A DNA stretch of 48,500 bases, the filler included, from Circinaria calcarea (Eukaryota), in the NCBI GenBank assembly GCA_051942165.1. It is 2 parts of 2 records of this genome, joined end to end, with 100 filler letters (N's around TTAATTAATTAA, not from the genome) between each part and the next. Parts side by side here need not be neighbours in the genome. Positions count along the whole stretch, not along the records: positions 1 to 24,223 come from JAVECS010000108.1; 1 more part is not named here. The stretch is one strand, 5' to 3'. Under the pieces are notes generated by a model. That model saw nothing but the letters and a program-made list of their open reading frames with translations, made no database searches and was not told the DNA's origin. Of this stretch, positions 1-13,057 are shown in pieces (the first letter of the stretch is position 1; every line of letters starts with the position of its first letter). The translations under genes were made by a program, and so were the position numbers.

Positions 1-2047
1 GAGAAGGGGAGGGGGAGTGGGAGGAGGTAGAGGGAAAAGGAGTGAATGGCTGATTGTGGTGTGAAAATATTTATGTCATTGTATGAGGAGGGGGTCTAGG
101 TGAAAGGACGGCGGCTGGGTTTCAAGGTGAGCGAATACGAAATAAGGGGGTTAGGGAACTCCATTCAGCCTTTCGGATCTTGTGAATAGGGTCTTGAATG
201 GTTGTAATGAGCGTCATCGGGGGAGATTATATAATCGCCACTCTATACTCTATGTATGTATAACCAAAGTCGTCCTAAAGAGCCCGAATCTCGAGTTTGT
301 GAATTCGTGTAATATCCAGACCTGTAGTACAGGAGACGGCATTTCCAGCCGTGGACCCGATAGAGTTCAGTTCGGTTCCAGAGAGATCGCATCCCGAGCT
401 CGTGGATCGTATATAAGAACCCCCTAATCCGCTCCTAGGAATTTCCATCTCCTTCTGGTCACCCCCTGGTTTTTGGAAGTGCCACGCCGCGAACATCGAT
501 CTGTCCCTTGGGTTGTTCTGTAGCGGTGGTATTTTAAGGGGGGGACCACGGTAAGAGTATTCAGTTCCGATATTGTGAAGTGGAAACTTGCAAAGTCCTG
601 AATGTGGACTCTTTGGACCATGCGGGCGATGCTGTAGGAGGTCACAGCAGCGGTTCATCTTCTGAAGACAAAGTCGTCCGAGGGGGATGTTCGAACCATG
701 CTGAGTTCGGAGTATACCCATCATTGCTTGAAGAGTTCCTGGAGGAAATGACGGGTGGAAAGCCGTCGAAATTGTTGGAAATCCTACAGGGGAAAGATGG
801 GGTGGGTTTATTCCAAAGGGCTCGAGAAGTAGTCCAGATATTCCAAGGGCCGCTACCAGGTGTCCCAGGAGCCATTAGGTCTTCCGCGGTTATTCAGGTA
901 TGTAGCTGCAATAACGGTTCCGGCCGACTCGCAATGCTGGTGGTCGTGGGGATAAGAGTATCCAGGAGCTCATATGTGCTGCGAGACAGTCATGAGGTCC
1001 ACAATTGACGACTGGCTTGTTTACCAATGATAGTGATATACAATGATCCGACGTTCATGGGAGGGATCAGAATATTGTGCGGAAACTCCGTGGTAGTGCT
1101 AGCCGACTCAAGATGCATTTCCCCTTAATGGACTTTTGTGTTGTTTGCAACTTCGGCGCGCCGCACTTAGGACGAGAATGTTGAGCTCCACAGCAGATTT
1201 GCAGGTCGTCATATTGAGATAAAGATCTGGAGCCTCAGTAGTCTGGGCGTTATCCAAAGAGAACCACATATTCAACATCGAAGGAGTGAAAATAGAAAGC
1301 AAGTGATTTTGCCATTTACCGCAGCCGTGTTCGATCGATCTTGGGGAACCCTCGAAGGACAATGGCCCAGGCTGGAACAAGGCTAACCCTGCTATGAGCG
1401 GCCAGGAATTGGGCTTAGATGCACGGCATGGTGGAGTGCAGTTTCACGGCCCACTGAGCTGCACGACATAATTGAGTTGCAGGAAGATCATCGCCTGAAT
1501 CATCATTCAAGTTACTGTGATTCGGCACGCGGGAGCGGGAGTTTGGGTATCTCTGTATACGCGCCAGTTATTCTCCGCGATTTGTGAGGCAAGCTCAGTA
1601 AACCAGGCGGTGCCGGATGCATCTAGACTCTCCACAGCTTAGACAATCGTAAATGCCGAACAGGTGTTCGGATCATTATGCACAAGATACCTTTGGTAGC
1701 GAGCGCTGAGACCATCTGTGTCTCACCGCACATGTACGACACAAAGCGAACGAAGATCTGTAACTAATATGATATTAGTGGTGGCGTATACGAGGCAGCG
1801 CAGCATATGTAGCATCCGGGCGTATGTCTGACTTATCCCCTACCTCAACAGCTGTAGATCTTGGTAGATTTTGCGGAACGTCAATAAATATGATACTGCC
1901 GTGAGACTTGCACCAATGTGTGCAATGTAGCCGATCTTTCCATGTTTCTTGGCTGTACTTCACGCCGTATGCCCCATCTGTCACGTCGCCCTGGAGCCCC
2001 TTGGCCTCGTACTGCAAGACCAAACTCCCTGTGCTGCCTCGCCACTG

Positions 2048-2909
2048 TTACCGATCGAAGCCACCCCGTCTTCTCTGTCCATATCGACCTTTCCCTCTTC
2101 CTCGGCCTTCTCTTCTGTTCCCGTCGCGTCTTTCCCATTCCCTCTCTTCTTCCCTCTCAGCTTCTTCTCTTATTCTTGTCCTCTCCCTTTCGAGCTCCTC
2201 TGCGCTTTTCTGAACCTTGACAGTCGGTTTTGGCAGATTCTCCGGCCATCGAGGATGCGCCCCTTCTTTGCATTGCCTCCCGTACGGACAGAATCCAGCC
2301 AGATAGAACTTGCAGATAGTTTTGCGCACATGCTTCTTACTGCACCGCGGGCCAAGGGGGCAGAACCCTTTTTCGTAATGTGGGCAAGGGGATAGCTTGG
2401 TGATTGGATCGATATGCAGATAGAGACATTCATCGCCGTTGGGGCAGTACAACGAGCGCGTATAATGATTACACTCTGGCATTCGACGCCTTCACCGATG
2501 GTTTCAGTATCCACATTAATCCGAAATGAGTAGGCTGCAGCAGATTCTTTAAACAGTATGAAACTTGGCAGGGAGTATAATTAGAAAGAAGGCAGACATA
2601 CAGGTTGTACTCATGCAAGAACTCGCACTGATCTCCCTTTTTACATAGCCCCCTTAGCCAATGCTTGCATACCAAGTTGTTGAACGAGTGCGTGATTTGA
2701 TGTTTGTCTGGACAAGCACTACCCAGTGGACAATGACCCTCCCGAAAAGCTTTGCAGTACGGACGGCCCGGATCCAGACCGAACCGATACTCTCGTTTTA
2801 GAAAGTCGGCAAAGGCAAAATTGTAAGTTGGCGGTGGTTGAGGTGAGGAAGGCTCCAACTCGACGGGATCAACGGGCGGGACTGTGCCGTGTCTGCTTGA
2901 GACCGCCAT
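2048..2909 (-). CDS. YTH1: mRNA 3'-end processing factor Yth1/CPSF30 (tandem CCCH zinc fingers), 2 exons
   Basis: CCCH fingers [22 protein letters not shown] and [19 protein letters not shown]; intron 2601-2490 (GTATGT...AAG) joins YNL|RRMPEC; basic C-terminal tail. Confidence 0.93.
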
Positions 2910-5178
2910 TTGGACAAAAGACACAAGAGTATGCTGTCAGTGCGGAGAACTAGCGATGGCAACACTGATTTTAGTAGTCGGTTGGGTGGCGTGATTCCGA
3001 TTCGAGGAAGTCGTGTTGCTAACTGGACTGGACACGGACACGCGTCAAGGGTGCTTGATAGATGCCTCGCAGATCTCCCTTTTTCCTATGAGGCTGGCAC
3101 TTCGGAGAAGTGCGGTGAAGGTCAACTGGTAGAGTAGCTCGATTGCAAGGGTAGGATGAGTGGCCGGAAATGCAGCCTTGTACTAGATCGACACTGGGGC
3201 GATATAAGCAAGCTAAGACAAGTGCTCGAGGGGAGCACGGGAGTCTAGAGCCACCGTCTAGTGAGCGTTGAAGTCGCACACAACGGGCGAGCCGGCAGAA
3301 GGCGGATTTCCCACACCAAAAGGCAAGGAGGCGCCCTGGGGAGCGTAGGGCCTTAGGTTACCAGCTAGTCGCGCCAATCTATACGAGGATGCCGCAAATC
3401 TCCTATCAAATGGCGCCGGGCGCCAGGGGCGGCCGAGTGCGAACAAACAATGGTTCCCTCGTGGTCGTGGTGCGGGAATGCGACTGCTCGTATCTAAGAA
3501 TAATCGGCGTGGTTTAGTACATGTTCGTTGCTTCGTGACCGTCTGCTGCCGCACCGATCTCTTCCCTTTGGCGTCTTTTATTCGACTCGACGACGCTTCA
3601 GTGGGTGGCTTTGACGAACGACTCGGGCTGACAGACGGCGTTTTCCTTGGCCGCCTTATTTGCCAGCACGTTTCGTGGAGGGGAGGAACAGGGGGATGAT
3701 GTCGATACACTTTACTATTCTATCCGCACACATCGTCACATTCGTCGGTGCGAGCCCTCTCCCCCACAACTTGCAAGGGGTGGCTTGACCGGCCCGGCCG
3801 AGCTTTCTTTTCCAAGCGAGAGGGTTTGGGGGAAAGATGACGATGCGACGCAACATACGCTTTGATGGACAGCAGCAGTAAGCTCCCTTTACCACAGCCT
3901 CGGTCGAATCGGGGTCAATCGCTGCCGTTTACCTACGGATTCGTGGCGGTAAGTAGGGTAGATCTCGACTGTCAGCGTCTGATGCTGGAACCAGTTGTTG
4001 CTCGGTATCTGGCGATTGGCTTCCCATGAGCATGAGCTATCAAACAGAAGCCTGATCGGGCTTCCCTTCTCTGCTCTCCGTGGAGCCGCAAGTCGCCTCT
4101 CCTTCCGTCGTTGCTTCCATGCTTACAGTTTGCTGCCTATCTCGCGCAATAGAGGTTTGGATGCGGAGAATGGGACGATCATCATTACCGCTTTACTACT
4201 AGGATGGCCGATGTTCAGCATGAATGGCTTTCTGCGCCGGGCACAAGGTAGGGAGAGAGTGATACTGGAACGGCCAACGGTGGTGTGGAATAGATGGATG
4301 GAGGCTAAGCCCACTACTGATGCGGGTGATGCTCTGAATTGGGCGATTTGTTTCCAATGCCCATGTTTTATCACCCCCCCTTCCATTCTCCAGCCCCGAC
4401 CCGATCATCACTGGCGGAAGCAGAACTGGCGGAAGCTGACTAGCTGGCTGCTCGCCCACGAGTTATTAGAGCCGTCAACAGCAGGGCTATTTTAGTCACT
4501 AGCCATGGATCCTCCAACTGCTGATTACTTACTCACCCGTAGGTCTATTCGCTCTCGCTGCCTTGATCCTCCGGGATCAGGTCGTCCAGATGTAGGTTTG
4601 ATTCGTTATCCTCGCCGTCCACCATCCCGGTGATTTTAGTCGGCGGGAAGCCACGCAGCCCAGATGACTACTGGATCTGTCAAGTGCGTCGACGTCCTCT
4701 CAGTAACCCGGTCTGCCCTACCGAGATGTCCTTTCTCTGCCTCTGCTACACCCCTGCCTTAACTGACTCGGGATGTGTCGTGCTGCGGAAGCCAGTCTCT
4801 GAACGGTCGTCCGAGTCGGATATAAGGGGATGATCCGCCGGGGAAGATGCGCATGGAAGTCCTCTTGGGCCACCTACATATACCTTGAAGAGCTCCCTGG
4901 GTCTGAATTCAGAAGTACCTCCGGACTCTGGAAATCCAGCCTGCATCGTTATTAATCCTTGAAGACTTCTTTGTAATCTCTCTGGTCCCCTATAAACATC
5001 ACCATATCTTGCCCCTTGGTCTCACTTTTTCTTTCAAGTTATACGAAAAGCTCCTTCGCAGCCTCCGTCCCTTGGCATCGGGCATCCAGAGAAGGCATCC
5101 ATGAATACACTTGCCAGACGGAACCATCATCATCGAGCCTTACACTCATCTCCATCTCCGCTGATTGACCAACACACA

Positions 5179-6454
5179 ATGTCTACCGCCGCTGGAGCTG
5201 CTCATTATCTCGGTTCCCCGTATTCACTGTTCGGCGATCACCCAAGTCAATCAAACATTGAGTACTTTGCCAATGCAGTTTACTACCCGAATTCAAGGGT
5301 ATACCGGCGACAGCCACCTTCGTCCTTGAGCCTAGCTTACATATCCCATATATTCTATGCCTTTGCGTGGTAAGTGCAAGTACTACGCAGTTTATCCTTG
5401 ATGCTCACGAGTGTCGACAGGCCTAATCCTGATGGGACTATTTCTGTATACACCTTGTGGTCTACGGCCCTCCCCATACAGCTAACGTCTTTTTGCAGCT
5501 CAGCGACGAATTCGCTGATACGGAGATAGAAGTGGATCGTACCCAAGGCTGTATCAGTGCTCTCACGAATTTGAAGCAACAGTATCCGGAACTCAGGATT
5601 ATTCTTTCAATAGGCGGCGGTGGCGCTGGGAGCACCAATTTTCCACGGGTGGCTGCGAATAATATCACGAGGCACATCTTTGCTCGGAGTGCCAAGGACC
5701 TGGTTCATCAGTACAGCTTTGATGGAGTTGATAGTAAGCTGGATCTACAACCGTGGTAGTCTCCGCAACTGACTTCGGCACAGTTGATTGGGAGCATCCC
5801 TCAAATCCTCAGGAAGGAGCTGACTACATCCTCCTTCTTGATGCCACCCGGAACTTTCTGCCTAGCCCCACCTATACAATGACCACTGCTTTGCCAGCCG
5901 GTGAATGGGCGCTCGCCAATATCAACATCGGCATGGCCTCGACGTATGTCAACTTCATCAACCTCATGGCCTATGACTTCTCCGGCCCTTGGTCCGACAC
6001 CACTGGCCATCAGGCTCAACTTTTCACCCCTCAACGGCCGCATAACCACGCCGCGACCGTTTCTGGTCATTCGGCAGTAGCGTATATGCATTCGCAGGGT
6101 GTACCGTTGCGGAAAATCCTCCTCGGAATTCCTGCGTACGGTCGATCATTTCTTGGCGCAGATGGGGTTGGGCAAAGGTACTCGGGTCAGGCCGGCCAAG
6201 GGGGTACGTTTGACTACCGCGATCTCCCACGTCCAGGCGCGCAAGAGCTTGTGGATAGAGAAGTCGTTGCTGCGTATTGCGTTAGCGAGGACGGGGGTTT
6301 CGTTACTTACGATAATCCCGAGACCATCCAGACGAAGGCGAATTTTGTGAAGGCGACTCGACTCGGGGGTTTGTTCTACTGGACAGGGCCGGGCGACACG
6401 AGAGGATCGAGGAGCCTAGTCGAGACAGGCTACAACACGCTGCATGGTCTTTGA
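5179..6454 (+). CDS. GH18 chitinase, no evident signal peptide, 4 exons (in-frame upstream ATG at 5101 also possible)
   Basis: Introns 5370-5420, 5446-5498 and 5734-5783 give LSIGGG, FDGVDIDWE (DxxDxDxE), NLMAYDF, LGIPAYGRSF and GGLFYW. Confidence 0.92.
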
Positions 6455-6921
6455 ATTTTCCTATCATGGTCTGTAATTGGAGGGAACACCGGGGCTGGAC
6501 ACTAATGATTCGTATATTTGGGAACCAATGGGTCGCGTGTGCCAACTTCTGGCTGTTTGGAATATGTCTTGGAAACGATATCCTTATTAGTACTCCGTAG
6601 CACCCGAAACAGAAGATCGATGTATTTCTGTTGCCATGTATCCAAATGAAGATCGGATGAATCATGCAACCTTCCCACTTTCCATCCGAACGCAACCGCC
6701 TGTCAATGGCTCGCTTATCTCCAACGGAGAGCCCCGAATCCCGGAGTGGTGAGAGATCTTCAGATCCCACGCAGCAAGCGAGTCAGATACGATGGAACCC
6801 ACGACGTGGATGTCGCGAGGATTTTCGCCGATCGCATCGTGCATGACATGTCGTGACCGGGGTCGTCTTGTAGAGCTGCGTTGACATCGGGATTTGTTGC
6901 CATTGTCGGTTACCAGCACCA

Positions 6922-9671
6922 ATGCCGCAGGTTGGTCTGGATGCCGGTCCTTTGGATTCTGGTATTATCAGCTTGGGCGAACCGCGGGTTTATGTCCGGA
7001 CATGACTTACACATGGAACAGCCCACTACGACCCCGTTGAGCACATCGATGCCATCTTCTCTCATCCCTCGACCCTCTTATCGGTCGCGAAAACCTCTCG
7101 AGCCCTCCCGAGCTACCAGCATGAACTTGACCGCGAGATTGCCGACCTGGTGGCTCAGCAGTCGACCTCAGATGTCGACAGTGTTCGACGGATACAAATC
7201 GCCAAGGATGACCTGGCAGAGCTCTTTGAGAAGGTTGAGGGTGTCAGGGAGCGAGCAATGCAGACCGAGCAGGCCATCACGGAGATGACGGAGGATATCA
7301 AGAAACTTGACCAGACCAAACGGAATTTGACTGTATCCATGACTGCTCTGAAGCGACTACAGATGCTCACGACCGCATATGAGCAGCTCCGGGGCCTAAG
7401 TACATCACGCCAGTACAAGGAATGTGCTCAATTACTACAGGCCGTCATCCAGCTGATGGCGCATTTCAAAACATACCGATCCATTGATCAGATCGCAACG
7501 CTTAGCCGAAACGTTTCGGATCTGCAAAGAGAGCTGCTGGAGCAGATCTGTGAGGACTTTGAGGTCACCTTTGCAAAGGCAGAAGTCGCGCAGCGAAGAG
7601 GGATGCTCGCCGAGGGATGCCTGGTTATGGACGCCTTGGGAGACAACGCGAGATCAAGGCTCATTACGTGGTACTGCAACACTCAATTGCGAGAGTATCG
7701 CCAGGTGTTTCGAGGTAATGACGAGGCTGGCTCCCTAGATAACATCTCGAGGAGATATTCGTGGTTCAAGAGGGTGCTCAAGACCTATGACGACCAACAC
7801 GCCGTCATCTTTCCACCATCGTGGCATGTCAATGAGATGCTAGCAAACGCTTTCTGCGAAGGTACTAGGGAGGACTTCAAGGCGATTTTATCGAAATTCG
7901 TGCGACGGTCTGATGGACAAAGTCTGGACGTCAACCTCCTACTGTCTTGCTTACAAGAGACGCTAGATTTCGAGCACAGTCTTGAACGCAGATTTACAAA
8001 TACTGTGAGTCCATTCAGTACTTTGCTTGGCTTTACGGGTAGCTCATATACCTGCTAGTCACGTATGTCTATCGATACCCTAACTTCTAATGACGAGAAA
8101 GCACCGCTGTTCGGCCATACAATTTCGGAGGCTTTTGAGCCGTATCTCAGTGTTTGGGTGGAAGCCCAAGATAAGTGCGTTGGCCCCCTATCACCGTCCT
8201 CTCGGGTTTGCTTATGATGGTAGGCAATTATCTACCATGTTACCCAAGTATCGGCAGCAACCGCCAAAACCACCGGACGAGGAATTCTCATCGCAGATGG
8301 TCATTCCATCATCGACCGAACTGTTCAGTTTCTATCGCCTTACATTTGCACAGTGCGCCAAACTGTCAACAGGCGCCCGCCTAGTCGAGCTAGCCAAGGT
8401 CTTTGCCAAGTATCTAGATCAATACGCCCAACATGTACTCTTCTACTACATTACCGAGCGTCCAAGTGGTCAAACTCCTTCCAAGACACCATCCATTGAG
8501 GATCTCGTGCTCGTCTTGAACACTGCCGATTACTGCTATAATACGTGCACGCAGCTTGAGGAGAAGATCAAAGGCCGCGTGGACGGAACGCTGAGGGAGG
8601 GTATCGATCTTCAGAGTCAGGCCGACAGCTTCATGGGAATTGCCAGCGCTTCCGTTCGTGGCTTGGTCCGTAAGGTCGAGATTGACCTTGAGCCCAGCTG
8701 GCGAGAAATGCGGAATATCAGTTGGACGAAGCTCCAGAGCGTGAGCGATCAGAGCACACATGTTGCGGAGATGATACGACGTACCAAAGCACGCACTGCA
8801 GAGATCTTGGGCATGCTCAACAAGCAGCAGTACGCTCGTGCGTTTTGCGACAACTTGGTCGAGCTTCTGGCAAATACTTATACTGCCAACATTGTCCAAT
8901 GCCGACCAATTTCAGAAGTCGGCGCGGAGCAGGTAAAGTCCTCTTGACGCTGTAATGGTGTATACTTATCAGAAGTCCCACCAGATGCTTCTCGACTCCT
9001 ATGCCCTCACAAAAGCCTTCGAAGACCTCCTCACCTCCACCTCTCCAAACACGGCCCCACCATCTGGCTACGTCAAGCGCGTCTCCGTGGTCATGTCCCG
9101 TCTCTTACCCCTCCTCAAAACCCTCCAAGTACGCCCCTCGCCACCCGAAGCCCTCGTACAAGCCTACCTCATCCACATCGCCGACAAGTCCGACGCCAAC
9201 TTCCGAAAGATCCTTGACCTTAAGGGCATCCCCAAGAAAGACCACGCCCAGCTCGTCGAGCTCTTTGTCGCACACCGAGCTAGCCCGCGGAACGAGGCGC
9301 TCCCGCAGAATTCGGCCTTCTTGACGCCTTTAGCGATATCTAATAGCACTGGAGCCGGGGGAACTGGGATGGCTTCGCTTTCGGCCGCCGGCGCGAGTCT
9401 GAGTGTAGCGTCGTTGCCGGGGCGCTTCGATCCTGCGACGCTGGGATCGGCGCTGATGACGGCTGCTCGGGATGGCGTGGATCGGTTTGGAAGTCCGGCT
9501 CTTGGGGGAAGCTCCGGGACCGGATCGAGGGCTGTCAGTCCTCCGCCGTCTCAGTCGCAAGCTGCGGAGGGGAATACAGGCGCAGGGGCAAATGTGAATC
9601 AAAACCTGAGGAATATTGGGAAGTTCTTCAAGAGGGATTTGGGTGGGTTGGGGGGCAGGTTCGGGGGTTGA
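6922..9671 (+). CDS. VPS53: GARP complex subunit Vps53, 5 exons
   Basis: YDPVEHIDAIFSHP, DIKKLDQTKRNLTVSMTALKRLQML, LDNISRRYSWFKR, VLNTADYC, GAEQMLLD; introns 6962-7021, 8005-8058, 8175-8223 and 8933-8984. Confidence 0.93.
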
Positions 9672-10382
9672 GTATGCAAGTAGGTTTGTGAGGAAGAGGG
9701 TAGATGGAGTTAGTTGGGGGGGTTGTCTACTTGGTATATGAAAAGCTAGTCGATAACTTGAGTGAAAGTAGTATTATAACCTGTATAGCAGCTCTCATCG
9801 CACCACTCCAGATATAGGCAGACCTCAATAAGAATATTTTTTATTGGATACCCCATTCACCTCCACTCGAAACTCGAACTTGAACCCCCATATATACGTA
9901 TCACCTGACCCGGGTATGGAGGATTTAATTCTAGTCCTGGCTATATCCGCTCGTCCCTATTTATCTAGGTAGGCGAGTGTGTTTCCCCCCCCCCCTCGGA
10001 TGTGAGAGTGGTGGCAGCTTCTGTGTAGGTTCGAGGGGGAGAATGGAAATAAGCACGTGAGGTCACAACAAAAAAAGGAGGGACAGCCAAGGGATGTGTG
10101 TGTGTGTACCTATATTCCATACCTTGCCTTTTGGCATTTCGTCTAGACACTGCGACCCTTCTTTTTCTCTCTAGTCTAAGGTTGGTTCTAGTTCATGAAG
10201 CCAGCCAGGCTACCTAATGGCTTCGGCGGGTTTTTAGCTTTAGGGATAAATGCGATATGCCGAGGTCAAGTGAGTTAGTGAGTGTGAGTGGGTATGTGCT
10301 ATATAGGTGGGAAGGCAAGCCCCTTTTCCTCGGCACGCCTTCTCCTCCACGTTCCCAAAAAACTCCCGAAACCAACCCTAAA

Positions 10383-12101
10383 TCACCCATTCTTCGAACC
10401 TCCGCAGTCCCGATGTCCGCGCCTGAAAAAAATACCGCAACCGGTGGTAGGGTTGGTCTCTCTGGGGAGGACGGGGGAAGCGGGGGTTGCAGGTTGGGTT
10501 TGGTTTTGGGAGGATTTGTCGGGTTTTGAAGCGACAATCGGCGGCGTAGAGTTGAACTGGTGGTGCACCTTGGTGTTGGCGGGATTTTTCCAGAAGCTAG
10601 GGGCATGGGCTTCAGTCGACTGAGTGGGGATGGAGGAGGGTTCCGGTGGCATTTGTCCTCCAGACTCCCAGTGCATGTTTATCCTTTCACCGGTGGTTCC
10701 GTTGGCAGTATTCGCTCTAGTGTTCTCTCTGGCAACTACTGCCAGCCTTTCATCCCACACCAGCTTGCTTTGATCGTTTTCACTCCACCAGCCTCTTCCT
10801 CCGCGGAGCCATATCTTCGATCTCTCATCCCACGACTTCCGCATTTGATCAGTGCGCAGGGCGGTAAGAGCGGCATCTTCAGAGTTATATCTATCCGCGG
10901 GTTTGTACGATTCGGAAAAAAGATTCCATCTGCAAAGCCTATCGTAGTCGAACATGACGTAACCGTTTTTACGCAGTTGGCGTTGGTCAGGCTGAAAGTA
11001 GATATACGCCGTCGTCTCTCCCTGGTACGCCCATCGCCATGCTTCTGCGGGTCCGACGTCAGGATCCTTTACAAACGGTGGCTTCAGAATTCTGTCCCGA
11101 TCTTGTTCGGTGAGATCGGCTATTAGAATCTCATCGTAGTCGTCGTCAGCTGGTTCGGAGTACGCGGGATATAAGAAGTCTGAGTCGCATTTGAACTCAG
11201 GGTTTAATAGTTCATAACGCTCGTTATAGGTGCTCGCGGTGGCTAGTCGGTGGAGATATTCTAATCCGAGCGAGAGCCAATGGTCCCTGTAGTTGTAGAG
11301 AGGATCATAATCGTCTTGAAAGGGGACGGTGAATTCGCCCCACACCACATCATGCTCGGCTACGTCGTTGAAAGCTAGGTTTGTCAGTACTTTGTACTCA
11401 GGCATTTAACACCAACGAGAAGCCATACCCGTAGACAGTTTTCGGACTAGGTACTCATAAATAGTCGCTAGCTGCTCATTTTCCCAAGGAGCGAATTTAC
11501 CGAAAAACATCCGTTGTTGGTCCCGGAAATCAGGGCGGCGCTGGTCCGGCCAATCAAGACGACCATAGCCATGGTTCTTACCGAACAAATTGCAATAAAG
11601 CTCATACCGATACAACGCTCGTTCGACACGGTCCATCTCCGTTGGCGTCAGTGCGCTCGGCACTTCATGGGAAGCGCCCGTGAGCGGATTTGCGGATAGT
11701 GTAATGGCAAAATCGTTGGCAAAGTACTTGACATGATCATGGGTTGTACTTAACGCCCAGAAGTCTGATAGGGACCAGATTTCTGGTAATGCTGTGATAG
11801 GATGCAAATTTAACAGGAAACTCTTTATTTGGTCGTCCCGTATTTGGCTGTCACTTTGCAGCGATAAACGAGCAGACGTGAAAGTTGTAAGAGCATCGGG
11901 CAGGATAGTTCTACTCGCGCGAAACTCATTGCTTAACACCTTGTTCAGGATGAGTTTCTGAGCAGTGAGGAAGGCACGATAGAAGAAGGGACTGCTGAGT
12001 GTAAGAGCTCTCAGCGAAATGAAATCTGGTGCATGAAAAAGAATAGCTTGCGCGAGTTCGGTGGGGAAGGACAGCAATAATGGTAATTCAGTATGTGTCA
12101 T
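10383..12101 (-). CDS. Fungal hypothetical protein with F-box-like N-terminus, 2 exons
   Basis: LLSFPTELAQAIL N-terminus; ERALYRYELYCNLF and FAPWENEQL motifs; intron 11428-11375 joins the two long ORFs in frame (ST|AFNDVAEHD); no internal stops. Confidence 0.75.
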
Positions 12102-13057
12102 TGTCAATGCTTCTGCGATTGGGCACGTTATAAAGACAAGAAGAGTGCGAACAAGCAGGCTCATGAATCACGCTCCCTATATATCAAATACAATGGGCGG
12201 AGGCAGTTAGAAGGTCCTCAATCCTGAATATAAAAGGTATCCATCAGTGTGACTCCGATACTGCTGCCACCGTCCACGAGAGACATGGGCCACTCCGTGC
12301 GTCGGTGGTCCGAGGGCCGATACCCGGGGAAGCTCAATCATTTTTCCGATGGATTCCCTGCCAGCGTATGCAGCGAGTCTGTAAAGCGATCTAAGAGCGT
12401 ATATTAAGGGAAATGTGTGACATGAAGTTAACATCTTGCCCAACCTACAGCTGTTATAAACTGTCGGCGCAGTCCCTTTGACATGTTCTTTATGCGTTGC
12501 TTGTCATTTAAAATAAATCGAAGATCGAACTCCATTGTAATGTCGGCATTCATGGTGTCGCCACAAGATGGCGTTATATGCATTAGCAACCCTATCCTCT
12601 CAGCTGACAACAGTTGTCTTTCTGCTAGCAGCGTTTTTACCACATGCAGCCCTCGTTAGGTTCGTTCAAAGGGCAAAAAAAGGATGCTGCCAGTTTTTGA
12701 TGCCTTCGTGCTACCCGAGTCTCTCTTGCTGCGCTCTGCTAATTCTGAATCACTATTGGCGCCCTTATGTGCTTCAGCCTGGTGGGAAAATGGCTCATTG
12801 GTATACAACACCCTGATGTTCCCCTTGGCATTACGCCCGCTTCACATATAGGATGCAAAGTGACATACTTTTCTGTCGGACTTATTGCCATTTAACGATT
12901 GCTGAGGCGCACATGATGGGGAGTGTCGGACGTAATAATGGCACAGGCGCAGATATACCTTAGAGTATTACTGTCAGCCTCGTCCTCTGATCAATGACTT
13001 TTAGGGAATCCAGGTTCTACCTCTTTACTTTTTTGTCAATTTCTTCGTGGTTTCAGA

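Noticed and set aside
182..1380. Short ORFs, and a minus-strand frame linking 1380-1108 to 645-424, as a possible pseudogene
   Set aside because: About 10 stops in ~320 codons, not far below random expectation, and no recognisable motif
3019..4946. ORFs of 60-166 aa between YTH1 and the chitinase
   Set aside because: Arg/Pro/Ser-rich translations with no family motifs or coherent splice structure; likely promoter/UTR
12217..13057. Possible remnant of a tyrosine-recombinase captain at the island's left end
   Set aside because: No recognisable recombinase or DUF3435-like motif in the frames I read
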